Positions 9,946 through 21,186 of a stretch of 64,000 bases of DNA are shown here, piece by piece. Numbering within the stretch: the stretch's first letter is position 1; each line of letters opens with the position of its first letter. Source of the DNA: an uncultured Holophagales bacterium. Lineage in GTDB: Bacteria > Acidobacteriota > Thermoanaerobaculia > Multivoradales > UBA5704. Both the position numbers and the translations under genes were made by a program. Where the stretch lies: contig CAWJGT010000004.1 of NCBI GenBank assembly GCA_963842525.1, positions 192,001 to 256,000 on the forward strand, given 5' to 3'. Below the pieces are notes generated by a model. It was given only the letters and a program-made list of their open reading frames with translations. It did not search any database and was not told where the DNA came from.

Positions 9946-11376
9946 TCAACTGCTCCGGGCGATGTCCACGTTGGTCAGCCAGCCCTGGACCGGCTCAGCC
10001 CTGCCGCCTCCGGCCGTCACGAACACGTCGCCGCATCCGGGCTTCGTGAGCATCGCACTCCTCGCTTCGGCGATGGTCGCTTGCCTTTTGACCAGGACGA
10101 AGGTGTTCTCGAAGATGTCCTTCATCTCGGGATCGGCAAGCAGGTCGGCGAGCGTCAGGTCGCCCGGGTTCTTGCCGTCAGCGGCGGCCAGCACGTGCTT
10201 GACGATGAATTTGTCGATCATGCTGCGGTGGACGATGTACAGAGGATGCCCCTCGCCATTGAGCATGGGGATGCGGTTCAATCTCTGCAGATCGAGCTCT
10301 CCGACCAGGTCCTTCAGCCTGAACGATTCAGGCTTGATCTCGCCCAGGTTCTTGTAGAAGAACTCTCCAATCGGGATCATTCTCGAGGTGACCGGCACTG
10401 CCCGCGGATCGGACAGATTGTAGAAATAGAGGTCGAACTGCACGACCTCGCTGAAGGGGACCCGCCGGATCCGGCTGAGCACGGGAGTGAATTCAGCATC
10501 GCCCCCGATTTGACGGACAGGCGTCCAGCGGATGATCGGGAAGCCCCTCCCGGCGCCCAACATGATCTGCTCGCAGCAGGAATCGAACCAGGCCGTCTCC
10601 GCACCCGGAAATTTGTTCTGCCAGGCGCCGAGCAGGTTCGAGAGCTTCAATCGAGGGGGGAGGACAGCCTGCCCGAACAACTGGGCGGCGCGCGCATCGC
10701 TGTCGACCACTTCCCCGAAGCTCTTGATGATCTGTTGCGTGACTCCCGGGCGCTCACTCTCGCTCGCTTGCTCGATACGGTCGACCTCCGACCTCGGCAG
10801 CTCGATTCGCAGGTAGGGCCAGGTCGGCCACTCCTCGACCAGCCCCTCGTCAAGGGGCGGCAAGACTGCGCTGAGAGCTTCGTGAAGCTCCTTCGCCGCC
10901 TGCTCCAGGTAGACCTCCCTGAGCGCGGGAGCGAGGGCCCGATTCAGGGTGGGGAAGAAATCAGGCTCGTGCAGGAACTGCTGCACGAACCGCTTGAGGT
11001 TTTCGTAGCTGCGCGCATTGACCCGCAGATCGTCGTGGAAAGGGGCGGGGATGTCCGATCCGCACTGGAACACGATGATGTTTGTTTCCGGGCTTTGCGA
11101 GTCGTTGGCGACGCCGCACTCCCACATGCAGTACGACCAGTCCTGATCGGCGGAGGTATAGACCAGGATCAGAACATCCGAATTCCAGAGCGCCTGTTTG
11201 AGCTGGTTGTTCAGGCTGCCCTTGGCGAACCTGGGGCCCTGGAAGTCAGGATTGGAGGAGAGGTGGACCTTGACGCCGCCGTTGCTCCATGTTTCGACGA
11301 ACGCGGCGATGGCTTGGGCGATCCTGTTATCGGGAGATTTGTGCTTGTGACTGATGAAAAGCAGCGGATCCGTCAT
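9946..11376 (-). CDS. TIR domain protein with C-terminal CBS pair
   Basis: LFISHKH...LKQALWNSDVLILVYT...SYCMWECGVA (TIR); NRIPMLNGEGHPLYIVHRSMI and ATIAEARSAM...DVFVT...VQGWLTNVDI (CBS-like). Confidence 0.75.
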   Translation of the reverse strand: MTDPLLFISHKHKSPDNRIAQAIAAFVETWSNGGVKVHLSSNPDFQGPRFAKGSLNNQLKQALWNSDVLILVYTSADQDWSYCMWECGVANDSQSPETNIIVFQCGSDIPAPFHDDLRVNARSYENLKRFVQQFLHEPDFFPTLNRALAPALREVYLEQAAKELHEALSAVLPPLDEGLVEEWPTWPYLRIELPRSEVDRIEQASESERPGVTQQIIKSFGEVVDSDARAAQLFGQAVLPPRLKLSNLLGAWQNKFPGAETAWFDSCCEQIMLGAGRGFPIIRWTPVRQIGGDAEFTPVLSRIRRVPFSEVVQFDLYFYNLSDPRAVPVTSRMIPIGEFFYKNLGEIKPESFRLKDLVGELDLQRLNRIPMLNGEGHPLYIVHRSMIDKFIVKHVLAAADGKNPGDLTLADLLADPEMKDIFENTFVLVKRQATIAEARSAMLTKPGCGDVFVTAGGGRAEPVQGWLTNVDIARSS

Positions 11377-11541
11377 CGATTCATCTCCGACTGATGTCCC
11401 GAGGATGTTCCCCCTGTAGACGGAACCGGAAGGAGGAATCCCGAGCAAGAGTGTTCACTGCCGCAAGCCTCTTTCATTTGAGTGTTCTCGGGAACATCCT
11501 ACAATAACCCGCCGCAACAAGGCGCGGCATCAAGGCAGCCG

Positions 11542-12834
11542 TTACTTGCTCCGCACCCATCCGATCGTCCGCCGCTCGCCGGGGCGCAGGGGGCGGTCCC
11601 AGGGCGAGGTGTCGCGCGCGAAGCGGACCCGTCCCGGCCCGGCGCGGAGCACCCGGTAGCCGGCGAGGCCGTCGGCGGCCACTGGCTCGCCGGAGCCCCA
11701 GCGGACGTCTACCGAAGGCGGCCAACCGGCGTCCGCCTCCCCGGTGTTCACCAACTCGACGTCGATCAGCCCCGGCCCGGCCGCGCGCTGGACGACCCGC
11801 AGCTCGCGGTGCGGCGCGCGCCCCTGCCGGACCGCTTGAAAGGCGAGCCAGGGCCAGTTGAGCCGGTCCGACGCGGTGGGGAGGCGGTACCAGATCAAAC
11901 CCGCCAGCTCGACCGGCCGGTCCGTGGTCCAGGCGCGCACCAGGCCGGCCATGGTCTCCGGGTCGCTCTGCACCACGCGGACCACCGCGTTGCGCGGCCA
12001 GGAGAGGACCGGCCCCTCGGCGGAGAGGCCGAGGATCTCTCCCTTGGGGCTGAAGGCCACGACATAGCCGTAGGTCGGCAGGGCCACCTGGAAGGGCCGG
12101 CCGAACCGTGCCGCCGCCTCGACCGCCCGCCGGGCGGCCGCCGGATCGCACAGCTCGACCCGTGCATCGGCGCTCCGCGGCGCCTCCAGGGAGTGGACCT
12201 GGAGCACGTAGCCGTCCGCGGCCTTGGCCAGCGCCCCGAAGGCCCGCCGGTGGCGCAGCCAGCTCGGCAGGGCCGTGACCGTCACGGGGATCGGTGCGAC
12301 CTTTTCCTGCACAGCGCGGACGAGGGGCGGATATTCGTCCAGGCGCGACTCGGGGCAGTCATAGTCGAGCTGGACCTCGCGGACGGGGACGCCCCGTGCG
12401 CGGGCTTCCTGGGCGAGCTTCCCGGCCAGGGCAGGCAGCCAGCGGAGCAGAGCGTCATCGTTCGCGAAAGCTCGGGTAGAATCCTGCCTTCGTCCGAAGC
12501 TCCCGATCCGGAGGGCCAGCCCCACGGGGCGTCGAAGCTCCCGGAGAGCGGCGAAGTCGACGCCGGCGCGGGCCACCCGCGGCGGCTGGACAGAGAGGTC
12601 CACCTCGGCGGCGAGGACGACCAGACCGCCGAAATCGTATGCCTGCTGGACCGCGGTGATTGCGGCAAGCACCTCGGGGGTCCAGCTCCGCTGCCAGACG
12701 TAGGCCTCCTGGACGAGGGGACCGGACGCACGCTCTCTCGTCTTCAGCCGGAGGGCGAGGAGGGCGGCCAGGCCCAGCAGCACGGCGCCAGCGAGGGCAA
12801 GGAGCAGGACGGATCGGCGGTTCAGCCGTTTCAC
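11542..12834 (-). CDS. DUF3142 family protein
   Basis: EAYVWQRSW, VQLDYDCPESRL, TALPSWL, YVLQVHS, IWYRLP..SDRLNW. Confidence 0.8.
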   Translation of the reverse strand: MKRLNRRSVLLLALAGAVLLGLAALLALRLKTRERASGPLVQEAYVWQRSWTPEVLAAITAVQQAYDFGGLVVLAAEVDLSVQPPRVARAGVDFAALRELRRPVGLALRIGSFGRRQDSTRAFANDDALLRWLPALAGKLAQEARARGVPVREVQLDYDCPESRLDEYPPLVRAVQEKVAPIPVTVTALPSWLRHRRAFGALAKAADGYVLQVHSLEAPRSADARVELCDPAAARRAVEAAARFGRPFQVALPTYGYVVAFSPKGEILGLSAEGPVLSWPRNAVVRVVQSDPETMAGLVRAWTTDRPVELAGLIWYRLPTASDRLNWPWLAFQAVRQGRAPHRELRVVQRAAGPGLIDVELVNTGEADAGWPPSVDVRWGSGEPVAADGLAGYRVLRAGPGRVRFARDTSPWDRPLRPGERRTIGWVRSK

Positions 12835-12854
12835 GAGGAGGAGAGGATAGACCG

Positions 12855-14520
12855 ATGCGCTCTCCCGGAGACAGCACGCCCCGGTTGGGCCGGAAACGCG
12901 GGCGCCTCGCCCTGGCGCTCGCCGGCTCGGTGCTGGCAGGCCTGGGGCTCCGTCTGTGGAACCTCCAGGACCAGGTCCTGGGCGGGGACGAGCTGCACCT
13001 GGCTAGAACCATCCTCCGCTGGCCGGTCCACAAGATCCTCACCACCTATGGGCTCGCCGACACCTCGATCCCGCTGACGGCCTTGTATCGCTGCCTGCTC
13101 GATTCCGGCGCCGTGCTCTCGGAGATCGACTTCCGCCTCCCCGCGCTCCTGTGCGGCTGCCTCGCCCTGGCGGCGCTGCCCTGGGTCTTCGCGGGACGGC
13201 TGGACCCGCCCACCGTCCTGCTGTACGGCTGGCTCCTGGCGATCTCGCCCGCCCTGGTGCTCTACAGCCGGATCGCGCGCTCGTACCTGCCCATGGTGCT
13301 CTGTGGCTGCGGCGCCGTCCTGGCCTTCGAGGCCTGGTGGCGGACCCGGGCGCGGAGGTACGCGCTCCTTTATGTGGGGCTCGGCGCGCTGGCCGTCTGG
13401 ATCCACCTGGGAGCGGCGCCGCTCGTGGCAGCCCCCTTCCTCTTCGCCGCCGGCGACCTGGTCATCCGCCGCGAAGGTTGGAGACGACTGCGGAACCTGG
13501 TGGCCGTGGGCATCGGCCTGGCGCTCGCCTGCGCGGTGTTCCTCGTGCCGGCCCGTCAGTCGCTCGTCCGGCTCGTCGCCGCCAAGCACGTGGAGCAGAC
13601 CCTCGCGCCGTCCCTGGCCGGAGGCATCCTCCGGCTCGAAGCGGGAACCGCTTCGTGGGCGGCCACCGCTGTCTTCTGGGCCGCGGCCCTGCTCGGGCTC
13701 ATCCTGCTCCTTCACGACCAGCCCCGGCTCGGCGCCTTCACGCTGACGGTGGCCGCGAGCCAGGTGGCCGGCATCCTCCTGCTTTCGCCCAAGGGGATGC
13801 GCCACACCGTAATCTTCCACCGCTACCTGCTCCCGACCCTCCCATTCCTCCTCCTTTGGGCGGCGTACGGGCTGGGGCGCCTGTGGAGCCGGCCGGCGGC
13901 GGGTCCCGGGGGCCGGGCAGCGCAACGCTCCGCGGTCGTCCTCTTCCTTCTCGTACTGGCCGGGGCGGGGCCGCTCCTCTCGCGTGGCATCCTGGGCAGC
14001 TCGTTCGTGCATCACAACCACTTTGTCGACTTCTCCCTCCCTCGGGTCAGCCTGCCGGAGGAAGCCGTGCCGGCGATCTACCGCCGCCTGCCTCCCGGGC
14101 CGGTCCTGGAGCTTCCCCTGGCACACGACTTGGGAGCTGGCGCGCTCCTTCTACGTCTACCAGCAGATCCATGGCCACAGGGTCCTGGTCTCGGCTCCCT
14201 ACGACTTTCCCCGGTATCCACAAATCCGCTTTCGTAATGAGATCCCTCCCGAGCCGGAGGCGATCCTGAAGAGCCCGGCCCGCACCCTGATCGTCCACCG
14301 CGAGCCCTCCCTGGAGGAAGAGGCCGCTCAGGGGCCCGGGAGGCCGCCGCGGCGCGCGGCTCCACGCCACCGCCGGCGGTACCACCGCGCCGCCCTGGTG
14401 ACGGCGGAGATCCTCACGAGCACCTGGGGTCCGCCGGACTACGCCGACCCCCTGGTGCAGGCCTGGGACCTGGAGAAGGTACGGCGGAGCCGGCTGGCCG
14501 GTATACGCTTCCGCGGATGA
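12855..14520 (+). CDS. Glycosyltransferase family 39 (ArnT/PMT-like), frameshift near 14113
   Basis: GGDELH, FRLPALLCG, LYSRIARSY; alignment with the downstream paralog (VEYPWPAIWE) shows one extra base in GAGCTTC. Confidence 0.8.
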
Positions 14521-16199
14521 TCGGAGAGAGACCTGGACTGGACCCCGCGACGGCCTCCCGGCGCGCCCGGCGGCAGCGCTTTTTCCTCGCCCTGTCGCTC
14601 GCCGGCTCGGTGCTGGCGGGCCTGGGGCTCCGGCTCTGGAACCTCCGCAATCAGGTGATGGGCGGCGACGAGCTGCACCTGGTGCGCTCGATCCTCGCCC
14701 GGACGCTGCCGGAGATCCTGACCACCTATCCGCCGGTCGATACCTCGATCCCCCTGACCGCGCTCTACCGGGTGCTCTTCGCGGCGGGGACGCAGCTCTC
14801 GGAGATCGACTTCCGCCTGCCGGCGCTGCTCTGCGGCTGCCTGGCCGTGATCGTCCTGCCCTGGACCTTCGCGCACCGGCTGGACCGCCCGGTCGTGCTG
14901 ATGTACGCCTGGCTCCTCGCGATCTCCCCCTGCCTGGTTCTCTACAGCCGGATTGCCCGTTCGTACCTGCCCATGGTGCTCTGCGGCTTCGGCGCCGTGA
15001 TGGCCTTCGAGGCCTGGTGGCGGACCCGCGCGTGGAAATTCGCCGCTCTCTACGTCGGGCTCGGCGCGCTGGCCGCCTGGATTCACCTGGGAGCCGCGCC
15101 GCTCGTGGCCGCGCCGTGCCTCTTCGCCGCCGGCGACCTGATCGTCCGCCGCGGGGAGCGGTGGCAGCGCCTGCGCGACCTGGTGGTCGTGGGGATCGGG
15201 CTGACCCTCGGCTTCGCCGCCTTCCTGCTGCCGGCCCGCGAGTCGCTCCTGCGGCTGATCGCCCTCAAGCACCGGGATGTGCGCATCCCGAAGCACGCGA
15301 TCTGGAACGTCCTCCGGCTGGAGGCGGGGACCCCGTCGACGACCATCGCCATCCTGTTCTGGATCGCGGCCCTCGCCGGGCTGGTGCTCCTGCTGCGCGA
15401 TCCACTGCGGGACCATCGCCGGCTCGGCGCCTTCACCGCGACGGTGGCCGCCGGCCAGATCCTGGGCATCCGCCTCCTCTCGCCGCTGGGGGCGAACAGC
15501 CCGCTGATCCTCAACCGCTATCTGCTGCCGGTCCTCCCCTTCGTCCTCCTCTGGGTGGCCTATGGGCTCGGCCGGCTGTGGAACCGGAAAGCCGCCGGGT
15601 GCGCGGGCTGGGCCGCGCAACGCTATGCGGTGCGGATCTTCGTCCTCCTCCTGTTCTGGACCGGGCCGTTCCTCTCTCCCGGGTTCCGGGACAGCTCGTT
15701 CATGCATCACAACGATTTCGTGGGTTTCTGGGCACCGCGCGCCTCGCTGCCGGACGCGCTGGTGCCGGAGGCCTACCGCCATCTGCCGCGCGGGCCGGTG
15801 GTGGAGTACCCCTGGCCCGCAATCTGGGAGTTCGGGCGTACCTTCTACATCTACCAGCGCGTTCACGACCGGCGGGTGATCGGCGCTTCGACCGAGATCC
15901 CGTGGCATCCGCAGATCCGCTTCCGCAATGCGCTGCCTCCTGATCCCCAGGCTTTTCTGGCGAGCCCGGCCCGCACGCTCGTCGTCCACGTCCGCCTCCC
16001 CTGGGAGGAGGACCGCGTGCAGACCCCCGGCCGGCGGCCCTGGCGCATTCCCGCGGGAAGGCGGCGCGCCAACTACCGCCGTGCCGGCGAGCGGCTCGCC
16101 AGGCGCCTCACCGCGGAATGGGGGCCGCCGGATGCGGGCGATGACACGGTGCGGGTGTGGGATCTGGAGAGGGTCAGAAAAGGACAACAAGGACAGTAA
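14517..16199 (+). CDS. Glycosyltransferase family 39 (ArnT/PMT-like), tandem paralog
   Basis: Same motifs, high similarity to upstream gene, ATGA overlap. Confidence 0.82.
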   Translation: MIGERPGLDPATASRRARRQRFFLALSLAGSVLAGLGLRLWNLRNQVMGGDELHLVRSILARTLPEILTTYPPVDTSIPLTALYRVLFAAGTQLSEIDFRLPALLCGCLAVIVLPWTFAHRLDRPVVLMYAWLLAISPCLVLYSRIARSYLPMVLCGFGAVMAFEAWWRTRAWKFAALYVGLGALAAWIHLGAAPLVAAPCLFAAGDLIVRRGERWQRLRDLVVVGIGLTLGFAAFLLPARESLLRLIALKHRDVRIPKHAIWNVLRLEAGTPSTTIAILFWIAALAGLVLLLRDPLRDHRRLGAFTATVAAGQILGIRLLSPLGANSPLILNRYLLPVLPFVLLWVAYGLGRLWNRKAAGCAGWAAQRYAVRIFVLLLFWTGPFLSPGFRDSSFMHHNDFVGFWAPRASLPDALVPEAYRHLPRGPVVEYPWPAIWEFGRTFYIYQRVHDRRVIGASTEIPWHPQIRFRNALPPDPQAFLASPARTLVVHVRLPWEEDRVQTPGRRPWRIPAGRRRANYRRAGERLARRLTAEWGPPDAGDDTVRVWDLERVRKGQQGQ

Positions 16200-18680
16200 G
16201 GACAATAAGGACGGCAAGGACGAGCGGCTTTTTGGGGTCCTTGGAGTCCTTGTTGTCCTTTGAGTCCTTTCCGGGCCTCGGCAACCACAGCACCAGCGCA
16301 GCCGCCAGCGCGCCAGCCGCCAGCAGCGCCCCCGCCACCAGCCCCCGCGGCCGGTAGAGCAGCTCGACCGCGCGCTCGCCCGCCGGCAGCCAGGCGGCCA
16401 CGAAAGGTCCGTTGGCGACGAGGGTCGGATGGCGCTCGCCGTCCACCAGGAGCCGCCAGCCGCCGTCCTGGTAGACGCTGGAGGCGAGGAGGCGGGGCTC
16501 GAGTCAGCCGTGCCCGGGCGCGGATCCACGCCGGGTGGAGCTCCCGGAGGTCGAGCGCAGAGTCCCGCGGGGCCGCGGCCTCCCAGGGGTCTTCTGTGGA
16601 CAGCAGCGCGCTCCGGCGCCGGAAGTTGCCGATCGGCTGTGTACACCGGTTCCAGGTCAGCCCGGGCCGGCAGGGGATGGCGGAGCGCGGCAGGAACAGG
16701 CGCGGCAGCGCGCGCTGGTCCTCCCAGACCCAGGCGCTCCGGTGGCGGAGGACCGGCCGCATCGGTCGCGAGAGCCGGGTCCTCGGCGTGGTCACGAAGT
16801 ACCGCACGCCCAGGAGCTGATAGAGCGCGTCCTGCGGCAGGATGAAAGCCGTCCGTCGCCCGGAAGGGGAAGCCATGGATGCGCCGGATCGCCTGGACGA
16901 CCGCGGTCGGCTTGGCCGGATTGGAGGTCCGCGGGTCGGCGAGGCCGTAGACCGACGGGATGTTGGCGCGCAGGGCCGGGCCCAGTCCCACCATCCGATG
17001 CCAGGGATCGAGGTGCTGGCGCACGAATTCGATGGGACGCACCGCGGGATAGAAGAGCCGCGCCGGCACCGCCGCATTGACCGGTCCATGGATGAAGAGG
17101 AGCTCGGCACCCACGCAGGCCGCGACTGCCCAGCCGGCGAGGCGGGGCCGGCGCGATCCAAGAGCCGAGAGCAGGACCGCCGTGGCGGCCAGCGCCGTGA
17201 GCTGGACCGCCAGCGAAGCCTTCCGCAGCCCCTCGAATGCCGCGCTCGCTTCCGGGTCCGGATAAGCCAGATAGGTCCACACGATCAGGGCACCCAGGCC
17301 GGCCGCCGCTAAGCCGGCGCGCCAGAGGCGCATTTCTCCCCGCAGCCACCGTTCCCAGGCGCAGGCAGCGAGGTAGGCCACGCAGAATCCGAGGGTCAGC
17401 AGGATGCGCCGGTGCAGCGTGAGCGAGTCGCGCAGCACGGGCACGGCGAGGAGAGCCCGGGCGACCCACGGCGCGCGGGTGAGCACGACCACCGCGAGGA
17501 GGCTGGCGCCGAGCACCACGCGCTCCTGCCGGAACCGCCGGCCGCCCCCGGGCAGCAGCGTCAGGAAGGCGGCGAGCAGGGCGGCGGTGCCCACGAAGGC
17601 CGTCGCGTCCTCGTTGCTGTTGCCCTCGCCCCAGTAGGCGCCGAACCTGCTGTCGCCGAAGGCGCGGGGCGCGACGACGGGCAGCATGCGCTCCCCGAGG
17701 CCCGTGCCGCCCGGCGCGAGCTGCTCCTCCGACATGCTCGCCCGCACGATCCGGGCGCGGCGGGATTCGAGGAGCTGCACCCGCAGGCTCGCCGGCAGGT
17801 ACCCGGCCGCCGTCAGCAGCCCGGGTCCGGCCAGGCCGGCGCCGATCGCCACGGCCACGGCCCAGCCGAGCAGCGGCTTTTTCCTCGTGCCGGCCGGACG
17901 CGCCGCCAGGCGGGAGAGGGCGAAGGCCGCCGCGAGGAGCGCGAGGTGGAGGATCGTCTCCGGGTGCCCGGCGCCGAGGACGGCGAAGGTCGCCAGGGCG
18001 AGCAGGGCCTGGTCGCGCCGGGTCCCAGGGTCGTCGACCCGGACGACCGCGTAGAGCAGCAGCGGCAGGAGCGCCGCTGTATTCGCCATCGGCCAGTTGA
18101 GCCAGAGGAGGAGCCCGCCGCCGAGCCCGTAGGCCAGACTGGCGGCCAGGGAGGGCGCCTCCGAGATCCCCTGCCGGCGCAGCAAAAGGAAGGAGAAAAC
18201 GAAGGCGATCAGCACGCGCACCGCGGCCGTGACCGCTACCCCTGCGGCCACGGGGAAGGGGAGGGCGAGCCAGACCAGCGGCTGGAGCGCCTGCGTCTGC
18301 GGGTTGCCCAGCAGCGGCTCGCCGGCCCCGGCCAGATGGTTCCAGAGCGGCCACTCGCCGGCCACCACCGCCTCCCGCACCCGGATCAGCCAGGGGGTGA
18401 TCTGGAGGATCAGATCGGTCTGCAGGAGGTTGCCCGGTGGCGGTCCGGCGCCGGCCGGCCAGATCTCGCGAAACGGCGGAATCCGGGTCAGGGCCCCGAG
18501 AGGGAGCAGGACGCGGCCGGCGAAGAGCGCCGGACCGAAGAGGACCAGCAGCGCGGCCCCCCACACCGCCCAGCAGCGGACCGGGACCGGGTCGTACCAG
18601 CGCCGCAGCGCCACGGCGAGCAGCGTTGCGAGGAGGGCCACCCAGAGCCCGGGCAGGAGACAGAGGGGGAAGTCGTGCAC
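16174..18680 (-). CDS. YfhO family membrane protein, frameshifts near 16846 and 16500
   Basis: PLWNHLAGAGEPLLGNPQ, GHPET, LLGVRYFV, ALPRLFL, YQDGGWRLLVDG...ANGPFVAAWLPAGERAVELLYRP spread over three frames. Confidence 0.8.
16180..16269. repeat. Inverted array of 9-bp units (AAGGACNNN x5 / GTCCTTNNN x4)
   Basis: AAGGAC at 16180, 16189, 16198, 16207, 16216; GTCCTT at 16237, 16246, 16255, 16264. Confidence 0.9.
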
Positions 18681-18731
18681 GACGGGGCGAATCCTAAACC
18701 AGAGCCGCTGGTCGTGGTTGCCCGGCCAGGA

Positions 18732-18802
18732 TCCTCACCCCCTGACCCCCTCTCCCATCTCCCTTCCACCCCCCGCCGGGAGAGGGGGACAGGGGGTGAG
18801 GA
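18732..18802. repeat. REP-like palindrome (CCTCACCCC...CTCTCCC / GGGAGAG...GGGGTGAGG)
   Basis: Near-perfect 25-bp stem between divergent genes; related to cores at 33010 and 54410. Confidence 0.85.
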
Positions 18803-18872
18803 CTCCGCGCGTCCTGCGCTAGAGTTCCCGGACCGCTCGGGGCAGACGCTCCGGGCTTGAAAAGGGGAATCC

Positions 18873-20961
18873 ATGCGCCAGCCGCTCTTCGCTTTTGCCT
18901 GCCTCCTCTGCCTCGCCGCCTCCGCGGTCCGGGCCGCGGAGCCTCATCCGTTCACCGCCCGCGACCTGAATGCGATGCAGCGGATCAGCGATCCGCAGGC
19001 CTCTCCCGATGGCCGCTGGGTGGCCTTCGTGGTGCGGACCACCGACTTCGAGGCCAACCGGGGCCGCAACGACATCTGGGTGGTGGGGGTCGACGGCAAG
19101 GGGCTCTTCCAGCTCACCACCGACCCGGCCGGCGACACCAGCCCGCGCTGGTCGGCCGACGGCAAGAGCCTCTACTACCTCTCGACCCGCTCCGGCTCCA
19201 GCCAGGTCTGGCGGGTCCCGGTCCCGGGCACGGACAAGGCGGCGGTCCAGGTGACCGATCTCCCGCTCGACGTGGCGAACCTCACGCTCGCGCCCGGCGA
19301 CTCCCGCCTGGCCTTCAGCCTCGAGGTCTTTCCGCACTGCCCGGACCTCGCCTGCACCAGCGCAGCGTCTCGACGACAAGGCGAAGAGCAAGAGCTCGGG
19401 GCAGCTCTACGACGGCGGCTTCGTCCGCCACTGGGACACCTGGAGCGACGGGCGCCGCAACCACCTGTTCGTGGCGCCGCTCGCGGCGGGCAGGATCGGC
19501 ACGCCGGTGGACATCAGCCGGACGCTGGCCGATGCCGACGTCCCCTCGCGGCCGTTCGGCGGTGCCGAAGAGTGGACCTTCTCTCCGGACGGCAGGACGC
19601 TGGTCTTCACCGCCCGCCTCGCCGGCGAGAAGAACCGCGAGGAGCCCTGGTCCACCAATTTCGACCTCTGGGAGGTGCCGGTGGACGGCTCCCGGCCGCC
19701 GCGCAACATGACCTCGGCCAACCCGGCCTGGGACGCGCAGCCGGTCTTTGCGCCGGACGGCAAGACCCTGGCCTACCTGCGGATGGCGCGCCCGGGCTTC
19801 GAGGCCGACCGTTTCCGCATCGTCCTGCGCGACCTCGCCACCGGCCGCGAGCGGGTCGTCGCCGAGGAGTGGGACCGCTCGCCCGCCGGCGTCTTCTTCT
19901 CGGCCGACGGCCGCACCCTCTACGCGACCGCGACGGATACCGGCCAGACGCCGCTCTTCGCCATCGACGCCGCCTCCGGCAAGGTGCGCAAGCTGGTCGC
20001 GGAGGGGCATGCGCGCTCGCCGGTGCCGGCCGGCGACCGGATCGTCTTCGGGCTCGATCACCTGCGCGCACCGGTGGACCTGCACACGGTCCGCGCCGAC
20101 GGCTCGGACCTGCGCAAGATCACCGACTTCAACCGCGATCTGCTGGCGGCGGTCCGCTTCGGCGAGCCCGAGCAATTCAGCTTCGAGGGGGCCGGCGGCG
20201 ACAAGGTCTGGGGCTGGGTGACGAAGCCCGCCGGGTTCCGGCAAGGAGGCAAATATCCCGTCGCCCTGTTCATCCACGGCGGCCCGCAGGGCTCCTTCAG
20301 CAACGAAATGCACTATCGCTGGAACCCCCAGGTCTTTGCCGGCGCCGGTTACGGCGTGGTCTCCATCGACTTCCACGGCTCGACCGGCTATGGCCAGGCT
20401 TTCACCGATGCCATCCGTGAGGACTGGGGAGGCAAGCCGCTGGTCGACCTCCAGAAAGGGCTGGCCGCGGCCGTCGAGCGCCATCCCTGGCTCGACGGCG
20501 ACCGCGCCTGCGCCCTCGGCGCCTCCTACGGCGGCTACATGGTGGCCTGGATCGCCGGCCACTGGCCCGAGCGCTTCCGCTGCCTGGTCAATCACGACGG
20601 GATCCTCGATCAGCGGATGATGTATTACGGCACCGAAGAGATCTGGTTTCCCGAGTGGGAGCAAGGCGGGCCGCATTGGGAGAACCCCGAGGGCTACGAG
20701 GCGCAAAACCCGGTGAATTTCGTCGCGCGCTGGAAGACGCCCATGCTCGTCATCCATGGCGGCCTCGACTACCGCATCCCCGACAACCAGGGTTTCGCCA
20801 CCTTCAACGCCCTGCAGCGCCGCGGCATCCCCAGCCGCTTCCTCTACTTCCCGGACGAGAACCACTGGGTGCTCAAACCCGGCAACGCCCTGCTCTGGCA
20901 CGAGGTCGTCCTGGGCTGGCTCGACCGCTGGCTGAAGGAGGAGAAGCAGACGTCCAGGTAG
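18873..20961 (+). CDS. S9 family (prolyl oligopeptidase/acylaminoacyl) peptidase, frameshift near 19360
   Basis: Signal peptide, PD40 repeats, FVRHWDTW, IHGGPQG, GASYGG, DENHW. Confidence 0.92.
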
Positions 20962-21186
20962 CCCGAGCGAAAGCTTTATCGCGGATTCGTCACATTTTTA
21001 TGGGAGGAGAAGCCGTCGAATTTTCACCTTTTCTGTGGGCTCGCGGGTTGTCCAGGTTTCTTCCATGATTTTGTCCCGCGAAACGGCCCAGCGGCAACGT
21101 TGTCTATAGAGGGCAGTGCCATTTCTCGTTTAGCTGTAAAGAGATAGCACGGCATAGCTGCCCTCGCAGTAGCAGGAGGACGTTGG

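Noticed and set aside
6263-10357. 1364-aa ORF as one protein
   Set aside because: First part is antisense to the decarboxylase and the last part is read-through into convergent genes; only 7991 to about 9680 is credible
14439-16840. C-terminal part of the 1413-aa minus-strand ORF
   Set aside because: Off-frame after the YfhO frameshift and antisense to the GT39 gene
844-19370. Programmed frameshifting in the oxidoreductase, GT39, YfhO or S9 genes
   Set aside because: No slippery heptamers; single-base sequencing errors explain them more simply
20962-21186. Precursor peptide for the radical SAM-like gene
   Set aside because: Only a short ORF of about 22 codons without SD or Cys/aromatic core pattern; region looks like promoter DNA
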